The notes under the pieces were generated by a model that was given only the letters and a program-made list of their open reading frames with translations, made no database searches and was not told the DNA's origin. Shown here one piece after another: positions 1 to 11,072 of a DNA stretch of 51,154 nucleotides (position 1 is the stretch's first letter; every line of letters begins with the position of its first letter). The stretch comes from Rickettsia typhi (GTDB taxonomy: Bacteria; Pseudomonadota; Alphaproteobacteria; Rickettsiales; JABSSG01). Location: assembly GCA_945905715.1 (NCBI GenBank), contig CAMDPW010000005.1, positions 1-51,154 of the forward strand. Reading direction: 5' to 3'. A program made the position numbers and the translations under genes.

Positions 1-152
1 TTTTACCAGCTTATTCACCAGATCTTAATCCTATAGAAAAATTCTGGGCAAAGATGAGAAGATGGGTCAAAAATAATATTACCGATGTTGATAAATTATA
101 TAATGCCCTTGAATGCTTCTTCTTAACAGCTGGTTTAAGTTAGTTTACTATA
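1..152 (+). mobile_element. Right end of an IS630-family insertion sequence (3' end of transposase, partial)
   Basis: The frame from nt 3 reads LPAYSPDLNPIEKFWAKMRRWVK...LS* (stop 141-143). This is the SPDLNPIE-x-x-W motif carrying the third catalytic Glu of IS630/Tc1 DDE transposases. It is followed by ...gtttactaTA (to 152), consistent with an IS630 terminus at a TA target. Confidence 0.88.
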
Positions 153-389
153 AATGCTATTGATTTTTTGTTGAAGTATAGGAATTTTCATATTGAATTA
201 AACTGATATAATTTTCTACTGTAATTTTTGAATCAAGCTCTGAAAGTTATCGCATCATGACGCCCAAAGATAATCAGCAGAATATTAATCAAAAACTTGA
301 ACACTCTCTAAAAAATAATTTTTCAAATGAGAAAAATGCGTGCGTCAAGCAAGGTTTATAAAGAAGAGTGTACAAACCTCTGTACAGTA

Positions 390-417
390 TTGACATTACT
401 AAAAATTACCTCATAAT
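390..417 (+). promoter_or_regulatory. Putative sigma70 promoter for the PCuAC-tyrS unit
   Basis: TTGACA (390-395), 16 nt, CATAAT (412-417), about 125 nt upstream of the 543 start. Confidence 0.5.
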
Positions 418-542
418 GTTGCAGTGATTATATAGTTTGTTTAAGATTCTTGCTTTTTTATGCTTAAATGCCAAATTCAAAACTTGAGCTATTTTTTGTC
501 TGAATTTTAAGCAAAATTTAAAAAAATTGGAGATATAAATTT

Positions 543-1001
543 ATGATAAAAAATTTTCTTCTAAGCGCAATCTTGCTAGTAATCACTTTTACTGAAGCTT
601 GCGCTGAACAAAAACCATGGATAGTTATTACTGATTCTTGGGTAAGACCTACTATGGGTAGTAAGCGTAGTACAGCTGCTTATATGAATATCACTAACTC
701 AAGTGAAAAGGCTGATTTTTTATATAAAGTTACCTCAGCACAAGCTGCAAAAACAGAATTACACAAAATAGTTTCTGATGATAAAGGCGTTGACCACATG
801 GTGCATATTGATAAACTTGTCATTCCTGCACAGCAAACAGTAAAACTAACTACTAAAGGTCTACATATAATGCTTTTTCAACTTGAAAGGGTGTTGTTTG
901 TTGGAGATAAAATTGAGCTCACTTTATATTTCGAAAAAGCTGGTCAAATTAAACTCATAGTACCAGTAACCAAATTGAAAGCACAGAAAAATGCAAAATA
1001 G
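543..1001 (+). CDS. Periplasmic copper chaperone PCu(A)C family
   Basis: Signal peptide, W-V-R, AAYMNI-N, ELH-x-M and HIML copper-ligand motifs, LTLYFEKAG. Confidence 0.9.
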   Translation: MIKNFLLSAILLVITFTEACAEQKPWIVITDSWVRPTMGSKRSTAAYMNITNSSEKADFLYKVTSAQAAKTELHKIVSDDKGVDHMVHIDKLVIPAQQTVKLTTKGLHIMLFQLERVLFVGDKIELTLYFEKAGQIKLIVPVTKLKAQKNAK

Positions 1002-2238
1002 AGGTTATGCTTTTCTTATTGAATTTAAGGCGCGTGGTTTTTTTTATCAGTGCACTGATGAAGAAGCTTTAGCGCAAGCCTTAAATCAACCATACTCAGC
1101 CGCTTATATTGGCTTTGATTGTACTGCCGCCTCATTGCATGTGGGTAATTTGATGCAAATCATGATTTTGCGTTTACTCCAAAAATACGATATTAAGCCA
1201 ATCATAATTGTCGGTGGCGGTACTACTAAGATCGGAGATCCTTCATTTAAAGAAGAAACTCGTAAATTATTGCTCGACGAAGATATTGCCGTCAATATGA
1301 TAGGTGTAAAGAATTCTATTGCTAAATTTGTTGATTTTGATAAAGACGGTAATAATGCGATTATGCTGAATAATGCTGATTGGCTTGATCAGTTAAATTA
1401 TATGAAATTTTTACGTGACTATGGTCGACATTTTTCTGTCAATCGTATGCTTACTTTTGACAGTGTGAAATCACGCCTAAAGCGTGAACATTCTTTAAGT
1501 TTGCTTGAATTTAATTATATGGTTTTGCAGGCTTTTGATTTTTTTGTACTGAATCGTGACCATAATTGCATTTTACAATGTGGTGGGTCTGATCAATGGG
1601 GAAATATCATTAATGGTATTGAGCTGACCCGTAGAATTAGTGGCAATACTCTGTTTGGTATCACTACGCCATTGATTACTACTGCTTCTGGCGTTAAAAT
1701 GGGTAAAACTATTATGGGGGCGATATGGTTAAATGAAAATCTGTTATCATCGTATAATTATTATCAATTTTGGCGTAATTGTGAAGATGGCGATGTGTTC
1801 CGCTTTATGCGTCTTTATACCGATCTTACGCTCATGCAAATTGCTAATTACGAACAAGATAATGATACTAACATCAATGAATATAAAAAAATCTTAGCTT
1901 ATGCAGCGACAAAACTTTGTCATGGCAAAAATAATGCGGATCGTGCCGCGCAAACAGCTCAAAATATTTTTGAAAAAGGTATTATTGAAGGTGTAGAACA
2001 GTTTGAGTTAGTAGCAAAAGATATAGCCAAAGGTATTTTACTTTGCGAATTATTGACTCGTTCTGGCTTAACATCATCTAATGGCGAGGCTAGACGTTTA
2101 ATTAATGGCGGTGGTGCCAAATTAAACAATCAAAAAGTTATTGATGAGTGCCATAAGGTTTTTATTAAGGATTTTAGTGAAGGTTATCTCATTCTATCTT
2201 CTGGTAAAAAACGTTTTATAAAAATACTATTAACATAA
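991..2238 (+). CDS. tyrS: Tyrosine--tRNA ligase
   Basis: YIGFDCTAASLHVGN (HIGH-like), GGSDQWGNI, KMGKT (KMSKS-like), C-terminal S4 domain; overlaps the upstream gene by 11 nt. Confidence 0.97.
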   Translation: MQNRGYAFLIEFKARGFFYQCTDEEALAQALNQPYSAAYIGFDCTAASLHVGNLMQIMILRLLQKYDIKPIIIVGGGTTKIGDPSFKEETRKLLLDEDIAVNMIGVKNSIAKFVDFDKDGNNAIMLNNADWLDQLNYMKFLRDYGRHFSVNRMLTFDSVKSRLKREHSLSLLEFNYMVLQAFDFFVLNRDHNCILQCGGSDQWGNIINGIELTRRISGNTLFGITTPLITTASGVKMGKTIMGAIWLNENLLSSYNYYQFWRNCEDGDVFRFMRLYTDLTLMQIANYEQDNDTNINEYKKILAYAATKLCHGKNNADRAAQTAQNIFEKGIIEGVEQFELVAKDIAKGILLCELLTRSGLTSSNGEARRLINGGGAKLNNQKVIDECHKVFIKDFSEGYLILSSGKKRFIKILLT

Positions 2239-2321
2239 CAATTTATTCTATTGCTTGTTCAATTATTTTATATTATAGACTTATTTTTGAGTAGAGTTAA
2301 AATTTAAAAGGAATTTTAAAT

Positions 2322-2738
2322 ATGATAGAGTTAAAAAAAGATTATATACCTTCTGAAAAAGAAGACTACATGAATGTTATGCAGTTGGAATATTTTCGTC
2401 TTAAATTACTTGCTTGGAAAAATGAATTACTGGATGAAGCGCGTAACACCATGGAACATTTAAAGACAGAAAATTTAAATGAGCCAGACATTAATGACCG
2501 TGCCACTGTTGAATCAGATACTGCTTTTGAATTGCGTACGCGTGATCGTTATCGTAAATTGATTGATAAAATTGAATATGCTTTAACTAAAATAGAATCT
2601 GGTGATTATGGTTATTGCGAAGAAACTGGCGATCCTATTGGTGTAAAACGCCTAGATGCTCGTCCAGTTGCTACTTTATGTATTGAAGCGCAGGAACGTC
2701 ACGAAAAATATGAAAAGCAACACCATGAAGAAGAGTAA
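2322..2738 (+). CDS. dksA: RNA polymerase-binding transcription factor DksA
   Basis: YMN..QLEYFR, DINDRA coiled-coil tip, two-Cys alphaproteobacterial finger CEETG...LCIEAQERHE. Confidence 0.96.
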   Translation: MIELKKDYIPSEKEDYMNVMQLEYFRLKLLAWKNELLDEARNTMEHLKTENLNEPDINDRATVESDTAFELRTRDRYRKLIDKIEYALTKIESGDYGYCEETGDPIGVKRLDARPVATLCIEAQERHEKYEKQHHEEE

Positions 2739-2975
2739 TGTACTACTGTTACTTCTGATTCCTATATAACCTACCATTTTGTCATCTTAAGCACCATTCT
2801 AAAAAATATTAGATATATTAGCGTACATGTTTAACTTATTGAGTTTGCAGCATAAACATCACAAACTAAAATTTTTTGCTGATTTTAAACCATAGGTTAA
2901 GGCATTAATGTAGTAATATTTTAACTAGTTCTTATTATTAAGAAGGTTACTATACTACGAACACATAGAAAAAAA

Positions 2976-3260
2976 ATGCCAGAAAGAATCGCTACGGTCA
3001 TTAAAAAAAATAAGCTTGGTAATAATCTATTTAAGTTTAGTCGGATGGTTATGTTGAGTATTCGTAGATTATGCGGTAAGAAAACGCATGAGCTGCACTC
3101 AAAGGTTTCTGCTTTTTGCTTTAACACAGCAGTTGAGCCAGAATCTGTCGTTAAAACAAAGACTAAAGTTACAGTTAAAGTTAGACCAAAAACACTGGTT
3201 AAAGTTAGTTCTAAGACTAAAGCTAGAGTAAATGCTAAACCTATAACAAACTTAAGATAG
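2976..3260 (+). CDS. Hypothetical small basic protein with Lys/Val/Thr-rich C-terminus
   Basis: 94-aa ORF with no recognised motif; low-complexity tail KTKTKVTVKVRPKTLVKVSSKTKARVNAKP. Confidence 0.35.
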   Translation: MPERIATVIKKNKLGNNLFKFSRMVMLSIRRLCGKKTHELHSKVSAFCFNTAVEPESVVKTKTKVTVKVRPKTLVKVSSKTKARVNAKPITNLR

Positions 3261-3556
3261 CTCTAAATACGCTCATTCCGCAAGAAGTATCTCGGGCACA
3301 AAAAGAATTTTATAAAAATGTGACATCCTCGTGCCTATAAACTTGGGAATATAGAAGTACTTTTTTTTCGTAGCAAGTGCTAAAGTGTGATACTATATAT
3401 TTCTTATTCGTTGCAAAATTATTTCTTGAATTTTTCTATATTAAGAGGTATCTTCACGCATTACAAATATAATCACTACTAATGAGTCATTATTAGAAAA
3501 AATCCTGGGATTCAAATTATGTATCCTCATTAACTTTTGGTAAGGTTTTTTATGAC

Positions 3557-5833
3557 ATGGAAAGATACTCAAACGTGTTATCTATTATCTCAAATAGACA
3601 ACTTGATGCCCCTTTGCATATATTTAGACCGCATTTAATAACATTAGCGTCTAAATTTTTTCTACAGAATTTTGCTGGCAAAGTAGCTTATGCAGTCAAA
3701 GCAAATGCAGATAAGTATGTTTTAGAAGCTCTCTATAAAGCTGGTATCACTTCATTTGATGTTGCTTCATTAGAAGAAATAAAACTTTTAAGAGGGCTAC
3801 TGCCAGATTCCTGTCTTTATTTTATGCACACTGTAAAGTCACGACAAGCTATTTCTGCCGCTTACCACGAATATGGTATTAAAGATTTTTCCTTAGATAG
3901 CTTTATAGAACTTAGTAAAATACTGCAAGAAACAAACTTTGCGAAAGATCTTCATTTATACATTAGAATTGCAGTTCCTAACATTCATGCAAAAGTAAGT
4001 TTAGCAGGTAAGTTTGGTATAGAAGCAAATACAGCAGTTGATTTGTTAAAAGAAGCAAGAAAATATAGCAAAAAACTTGCCGTGTCTTTTCATGTAGGCT
4101 CTCAATGTAGCAATCCAGAAGCTTATAAGATAGCATTAAGAATTGTTGCAGAAATCATAGATAAATCTCAAACTCAAGTTGACATTATAAATGTAGGTGG
4201 TGGATTTCCCTCGGTCTATGAAGGTATGGATTCTATACATTTAAAAACTTATTTTGAAATAATTCATGAAGAATTTTCTAAAATCTCTAAAAAAAACAGT
4301 ATGGAATTAATGTGCGAGCCAGGTAGGGCACTTGTGGCAGAAAGTGGAGCTACTATTGTTAGAGTTGAACTGATAAAAGGACGTAATTTATATATCAATG
4401 ATGGAACATATGGCGGTCTTTTTGATGCTGGAATTTTTAACTTAATTTATCCAGTAAAAATTATTAGAATAATAGATAATACACAAGTAATGTTATCACC
4501 ATTTAGTTTTTTTGGTCCAACATGTGATGCAATAGATTTTATGAAAGGGCCATTTTATTTGCCACATAATATAAAAGAGGGAGAATATTTTGAAATCGGT
4601 CAATTAGGGGCATATAGCAGATCTCTTGCTACAAAATTCAATGGCTTTATCCAGGCAGAAGAAGTTGTTATAGTAGAAGATCAGCCCCTGATGTCTCTGT
4701 ATACTACTGGAAGAATATTTCATGCACAAAAAAACAATCAAAAATTTTATTCAAATAACAACACAATGGAACATATAAAATCAATCACGAATTCAAAAGC
4801 GCAAATATTATCTCAAGAAATACAACATATAGACATAACCTCTTTTGATGCACGTCCCATTATAGAATCAATGGAACAGATGTCATTTACCTCTAGAGAT
4901 TTAGCAAGAGCAACCAATATATTCAACCAAATGTTACAAGATAAAGACTGTACGATTATTTTAACTTTAGCTGGCTCTACTTCTGCAGGTGGTTGTATGA
5001 AGCTTTACGCAGACTTAATAAAATATAATATGGTTGATGCGGTGGTTGCAACTGGAGCAAGTATTGTAGATATGGATTTTTTTGAGGCCCTAGGTTTTAA
5101 GCATTATCGGGGCAATCAATTTGCGGATGATAATAAGTTAAGGGACTTAATGATTGATAGAATATATGACACTTATATAAATGAAGAAGATTTAAAAATA
5201 TGTGATCATACTATATGCGAAATAGCAGATCAGCTAGCTCCTAAATCATATACTTCTAGAGCTTTTATTAGAGAGATGGGTAAATTCTTAAGTATCAAAG
5301 GAGCAAAAAAGCAAGAATCGCTAGTTCAACTTGCTTATGAGCACGATGTACCAATTTTTTGTCCAGCATTTACCGATTCTTCTGCTGGATTTGGTTTAGT
5401 AGTACATCAAATTAAAAATCCAAATAACCACATAACCATGGATTCTATTGGAGATTTTAAGGAACTTACTGAAATTAAAATTCAAGCAAAAAAAACTGGT
5501 CTTTTAATGATTGGAGGAGGAGTGCCTAAGAATTTTACTCAAGATACTGTCGTATGCGCAGAAATACTTGGCCACAAGGTGGATATGCATAAATACGCAA
5601 TTCAAATAACGGTAGCTGATAGTAGAGATGGAGCATGCTCTAGTTCTACGCTCAAAGAGGCTTGTTCTTGGGGTAAAGTAGATAAAAATCTAGAGCAAAT
5701 GGTATATGCAGAAGTTACCAGCGTCCTTCCTTTACTTGCTAGCGATGCATACCATAGAGGGTACTGGAAAAATAGACAACGTCAAAGCTATGCTAAGTTA
5801 TTTCTAGGAGAAGGATGTAACGATCATGACTAA
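3557..5833 (+). CDS. Fusion of a group IV (alanine-racemase fold) PLP ornithine/lysine/arginine decarboxylase and a deoxyhypusine synthase-like protein
   Basis: N-half: YAVKAN (PLP Lys), FDVAS, SFHVGSQ, INVGGGF, EPGR, GPTCD, GAYS. C-half from about nt 4766: LAGSTSAGG, IDRIYDTY, CPAFTDSSAG, GGGVPKNF, EACSWGKV (DHS active-site Lys). One continuous ORF. Confidence 0.92.
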   Translation: MERYSNVLSIISNRQLDAPLHIFRPHLITLASKFFLQNFAGKVAYAVKANADKYVLEALYKAGITSFDVASLEEIKLLRGLLPDSCLYFMHTVKSRQAISAAYHEYGIKDFSLDSFIELSKILQETNFAKDLHLYIRIAVPNIHAKVSLAGKFGIEANTAVDLLKEARKYSKKLAVSFHVGSQCSNPEAYKIALRIVAEIIDKSQTQVDIINVGGGFPSVYEGMDSIHLKTYFEIIHEEFSKISKKNSMELMCEPGRALVAESGATIVRVELIKGRNLYINDGTYGGLFDAGIFNLIYPVKIIRIIDNTQVMLSPFSFFGPTCDAIDFMKGPFYLPHNIKEGEYFEIGQLGAYSRSLATKFNGFIQAEEVVIVEDQPLMSLYTTGRIFHAQKNNQKFYSNNNTMEHIKSITNSKAQILSQEIQHIDITSFDARPIIESMEQMSFTSRDLARATNIFNQMLQDKDCTIILTLAGSTSAGGCMKLYADLIKYNMVDAVVATGASIVDMDFFEALGFKHYRGNQFADDNKLRDLMIDRIYDTYINEEDLKICDHTICEIADQLAPKSYTSRAFIREMGKFLSIKGAKKQESLVQLAYEHDVPIFCPAFTDSSAGFGLVVHQIKNPNNHITMDSIGDFKELTEIKIQAKKTGLLMIGGGVPKNFTQDTVVCAEILGHKVDMHKYAIQITVADSRDGACSSSTLKEACSWGKVDKNLEQMVYAEVTSVLPLLASDAYHRGYWKNRQRQSYAKLFLGEGCNDHD

Positions 5834-6770
5834 TTGCTTTGCAAAACTGCCAACATTACCTTCTAATCAAGGGTTTTTAGGGTTGCCTGAATCCAATGAA
5901 GTAAAAAGTCATGACAATCATGTTGTAATTATTCCTTTTGGCTTAGAAAACTCTGTAACTTATGGCAAGGGAACTGCTAGAGCACCTAAAGCTATCATTA
6001 AAGCTTCACACGAAGTTGAGTTATTTGATGAGAGTCTATGGTACGAGCCATTTAAAAAATTTAGCACTACTACATTAAAAGAATTTAAAATTTCTGATAA
6101 TACTGAAGAAGCATTACAATATCTAGGAAAAATAGTTGAAAACGTATTAAAATCTAGAAAATTTCCAATGGTTTTTGGGGGTGAACACTCAATTACTGCA
6201 GGAATTATAAAGCCATTTGCAAAAACATTTCCTAAACTTACAATTTTACATTTTGATGCGCATGCGGATTTAAGAGATAGTTACCAAGGCAATAAATTTT
6301 CTCATGCTTCAGCATTAAGGCGTTGTCTTGATTATGAGAATGTTAACTTAGTCTCCATAGGTGTAAGAAATATCTCTGCTGAAGAAATTATTTTCCTTGA
6401 AAATAATTCTCATAGGATTAAAATTTTTTGGGCTAAAGATAAAAAACAATGGAGTATAGATAATATACTTTCTTATTTGCAGGATTCGCCTATCTACTTA
6501 ACGGTAGATGTTGATGTATTTGATTCTAGTGTAATGCCTGCCACTGGCACTCCAGAACCAGGTGGACTTTTTTGGGAAGAGATAATAGATATAATTTCCG
6601 CTGTTACACAAAATACAAATATTGTTGGAATTGATCTGAACGAATTAGCTCCAATAAAAGGATTTCAATCCTGTGACTTTTTAACAGCAAAACTTGCTTA
6701 TAAAATACTCTCACTTATATTTCATAATAGACTCTTAAACCAGAATATTAAAAAGAAAATAAAATCTTAG
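5826..6770 (+). CDS. speB: Agmatinase / ureohydrolase
   Basis: GGEHS, DAHAD, DVDVFD, ATGTPEPGG and ELAP ureohydrolase motifs; 8-nt overlap with the upstream fusion gene. Confidence 0.9.
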   Translation: MTNCFAKLPTLPSNQGFLGLPESNEVKSHDNHVVIIPFGLENSVTYGKGTARAPKAIIKASHEVELFDESLWYEPFKKFSTTTLKEFKISDNTEEALQYLGKIVENVLKSRKFPMVFGGEHSITAGIIKPFAKTFPKLTILHFDAHADLRDSYQGNKFSHASALRRCLDYENVNLVSIGVRNISAEEIIFLENNSHRIKIFWAKDKKQWSIDNILSYLQDSPIYLTVDVDVFDSSVMPATGTPEPGGLFWEEIIDIISAVTQNTNIVGIDLNELAPIKGFQSCDFLTAKLAYKILSLIFHNRLLNQNIKKKIKS

Positions 6771-6969
6771 CTGTAGTGATTTTCGTTGTATGAATTGATT
6801 TTATAGATTTTTTACCTTTTAAGATTTTTTCTTAGAGAAAAGATTTTCTAAAAATTTAAAATACTAATATTTTTTTTGGCTTAGTTAGTGTATTATTTGT
6901 GATTCGGAAAAAATCCTCTGTTAATTTACAATGATGTTAGCTATGCGTTTTTTGCTACATTATTGTCAA

Positions 6970-7026
6970 TTTCTGAGATATATTCATTGGCTAGCCATAA
7001 AAATCTTATAGAATAGATCTCAGAAA
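6970..7026. repeat. Intergenic inverted repeat (16-bp arms, 15/16 match, 25-nt loop)
   Basis: tttctgagatatattc (6970-6985) pairs with gaatagatctcagaaa (7011-7026). Confidence 0.75.
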
Positions 7027-7135
7027 CGATCAGGGAAGTATTAAGCATTCAGTCGTTGGTAAACTATAACTCTCTACATACCACGTATTGACCACAATAT
7101 ATCTAACAGCTATGATGAATGTCCATTTGTCATAA

Positions 7136-9247
<2,112 letters not shown>

Positions 9248-9289
9248 GTAGGTACAAGTCTCATTAGTACTCAGTATCAATAACAACGC

Positions 9290-9317
9290 TTGACACGTAA
9301 ACTTAATAACATACATT
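9290..9317 (+). promoter_or_regulatory. Putative sigma70 promoter
   Basis: TTGACA, 16 nt, TACATT just upstream of the aminopeptidase gene. Confidence 0.4.
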
Positions 9318-9326
9318 CTAGATAGA

Positions 9327-11072
9327 ATGAATCTCAAAGATAATAAAATGAATAAAATAATAGAATTAAAGAAGTTATTTGCAGCAAATCAAATTGATTC
9401 ATATATAATACCTACCCATGATCAATATCTGAATGAAGATGTACCATTAAAGTATCAACGACTTAAATACTTAACTAATTTCAGCGGTTCTAACGGCTTG
9501 GCCTTAATTACTAAAACTGACAACATACTATTTACGGACGGTAGGTATTTATTACAGGCAAAGACTGAGCTTGCTTTAGATTTTCAAATTATTGAGTATA
9601 GCGAAGCTAACTTGCTTGTGTATTTGGCGCGATGTCGGACTATCGGTTTTGATCCAAAGCTTCATACAATTAAGCAGATTATACATTTCATAACAAAGCA
9701 AAAGAATTGGCAGTTAAAAGCAGTTGATCAAAATTTGGTTGATTTACTTTGGAAAAAAAAACCAGAAACGCTCAATAGCATTTTTATCCATGATATTATG
9801 TATACTGGTCAATCTATTGATTTTAAAGTAAAAAATATCACTCAACAATTAAAACAAGAAGACATTGATGCAATCATTATTACCGCTCCAGATTCAATTT
9901 GTTGGTTATTAAATTTACGTGGAAACAGTGCAATATACACTCCAATTATTTTAGGTTACTTATTAGTATTTCAAGATGGTTCAATGCTCTTATTTTTAGA
10001 AACACAACCATCAACAGAAATCAAGTCTTATCTTAGAAAAAGGTATGTAAAGATCGCACTAATGAGTGATTTAGCTAATGAGATATCAGTTTTAGTAAAG
10101 AAAAAAGTACAGGCTAGTCCTAATAGTCCTTTTTGGATATACCAGTTATTTCCACAACTAGTTTTAAAAGAAGATCCGTGTCAATTATTAAAAGCCTGTA
10201 AAAATTCCGTAGAAATAAAAGGAGCGATCGAAGCTCATTTAAAAGATGGTGTAGCAGTTACTGAATTTTTATGCTGGCTAGAGCAGAATTATCTAGAACA
10301 ACAAATTAGCGAGCTATCAGCTGGAGAAAAATTATTGCAATACCGTCAACAACAACTTCATTTTGTACATCCTAGTTTTTCTACCATTATGGGATTCGCT
10401 GAAAACGGAGCAGTCATCCATTATCTGCCTAATGTTCAGAGTAATAAAATTATTACTGGTAATAATTTATTACTGATTGATTCTGGGGGGCAATATTATG
10501 ACGGCACTACTGATGTTACAAGGGTAGTAGCAATTGGCAAGCCAACAACAGAACAAATCCATAATTATACCATAGTTTTGAAATGTCATATTTGGTTAGC
10601 TTCAGCTACTTTTCCTGTGGGTACTAGTGGTATGCAATTGGATAGTCTAGCACGAATTGAATTATGGCAAGAAGGTAAGGATTATGCTCACGGTACAGGT
10701 CATGGTGTTGGCAGTTTTTTGGCAGTGCATGAAGGTCCGCAGCGCATAAGTAAAACAGCAAGCAACCTAGCTTTACAAGCTGGGATGATCCTTTCTGTTG
10801 AGCCTGGATATTATCAGGAGGGCGCTTATGGTATACGTATTGAAAATTTGGTTTATGTAATCCAATCGCAATATCATAACTTTCTATGCTTTAGGCCACT
10901 TACTAAAGTGCCTTTTGCTCCTGAACTTATTGATTTTACTATTCTTACTACCTATGAGTATGAGTGGCTCAAAAACTATCATCAAGATGTACTAGGGAGC
11001 TTAGAAGAATTTTTACAGCCAGATACAAAAATTTGGTTAAAACAAAAAATACTGCAATTTTCTATGTGCTAA
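9327..11072 (+). CDS. pepP: Xaa-Pro aminopeptidase (aminopeptidase P, M24B); true start may be ATG 9348
   Basis: FSGSNG, TDGRY, DSGGQYYDGTTDVTR, HGTGHGVG, VHEGP, EPGYY, GIRIEN. Confidence 0.93.
   Translation: MNLKDNKMNKIIELKKLFAANQIDSYIIPTHDQYLNEDVPLKYQRLKYLTNFSGSNGLALITKTDNILFTDGRYLLQAKTELALDFQIIEYSEANLLVYLARCRTIGFDPKLHTIKQIIHFITKQKNWQLKAVDQNLVDLLWKKKPETLNSIFIHDIMYTGQSIDFKVKNITQQLKQEDIDAIIITAPDSICWLLNLRGNSAIYTPIILGYLLVFQDGSMLLFLETQPSTEIKSYLRKRYVKIALMSDLANEISVLVKKKVQASPNSPFWIYQLFPQLVLKEDPCQLLKACKNSVEIKGAIEAHLKDGVAVTEFLCWLEQNYLEQQISELSAGEKLLQYRQQQLHFVHPSFSTIMGFAENGAVIHYLPNVQSNKIITGNNLLLIDSGGQYYDGTTDVTRVVAIGKPTTEQIHNYTIVLKCHIWLASATFPVGTSGMQLDSLARIELWQEGKDYAHGTGHGVGSFLAVHEGPQRISKTASNLALQAGMILSVEPGYYQEGAYGIRIENLVYVIQSQYHNFLCFRPLTKVPFAPELIDFTILTTYEYEWLKNYHQDVLGSLEEFLQPDTKIWLKQKILQFSMC

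Noticed and set aside
3274-3350. Degenerate palindrome (attccgcaag...gggcac / gtgcct...cttgggaat) resembling a rickettsial palindromic element
   Set aside because: Arms are short and mismatched, and there is no second copy in the window
4766-5833. DHS domain as a host eIF5A-modifying effector
   Set aside because: The operon context with a decarboxylase and ureohydrolase, and the lack of a secretion-like tail, favour polyamine synthesis
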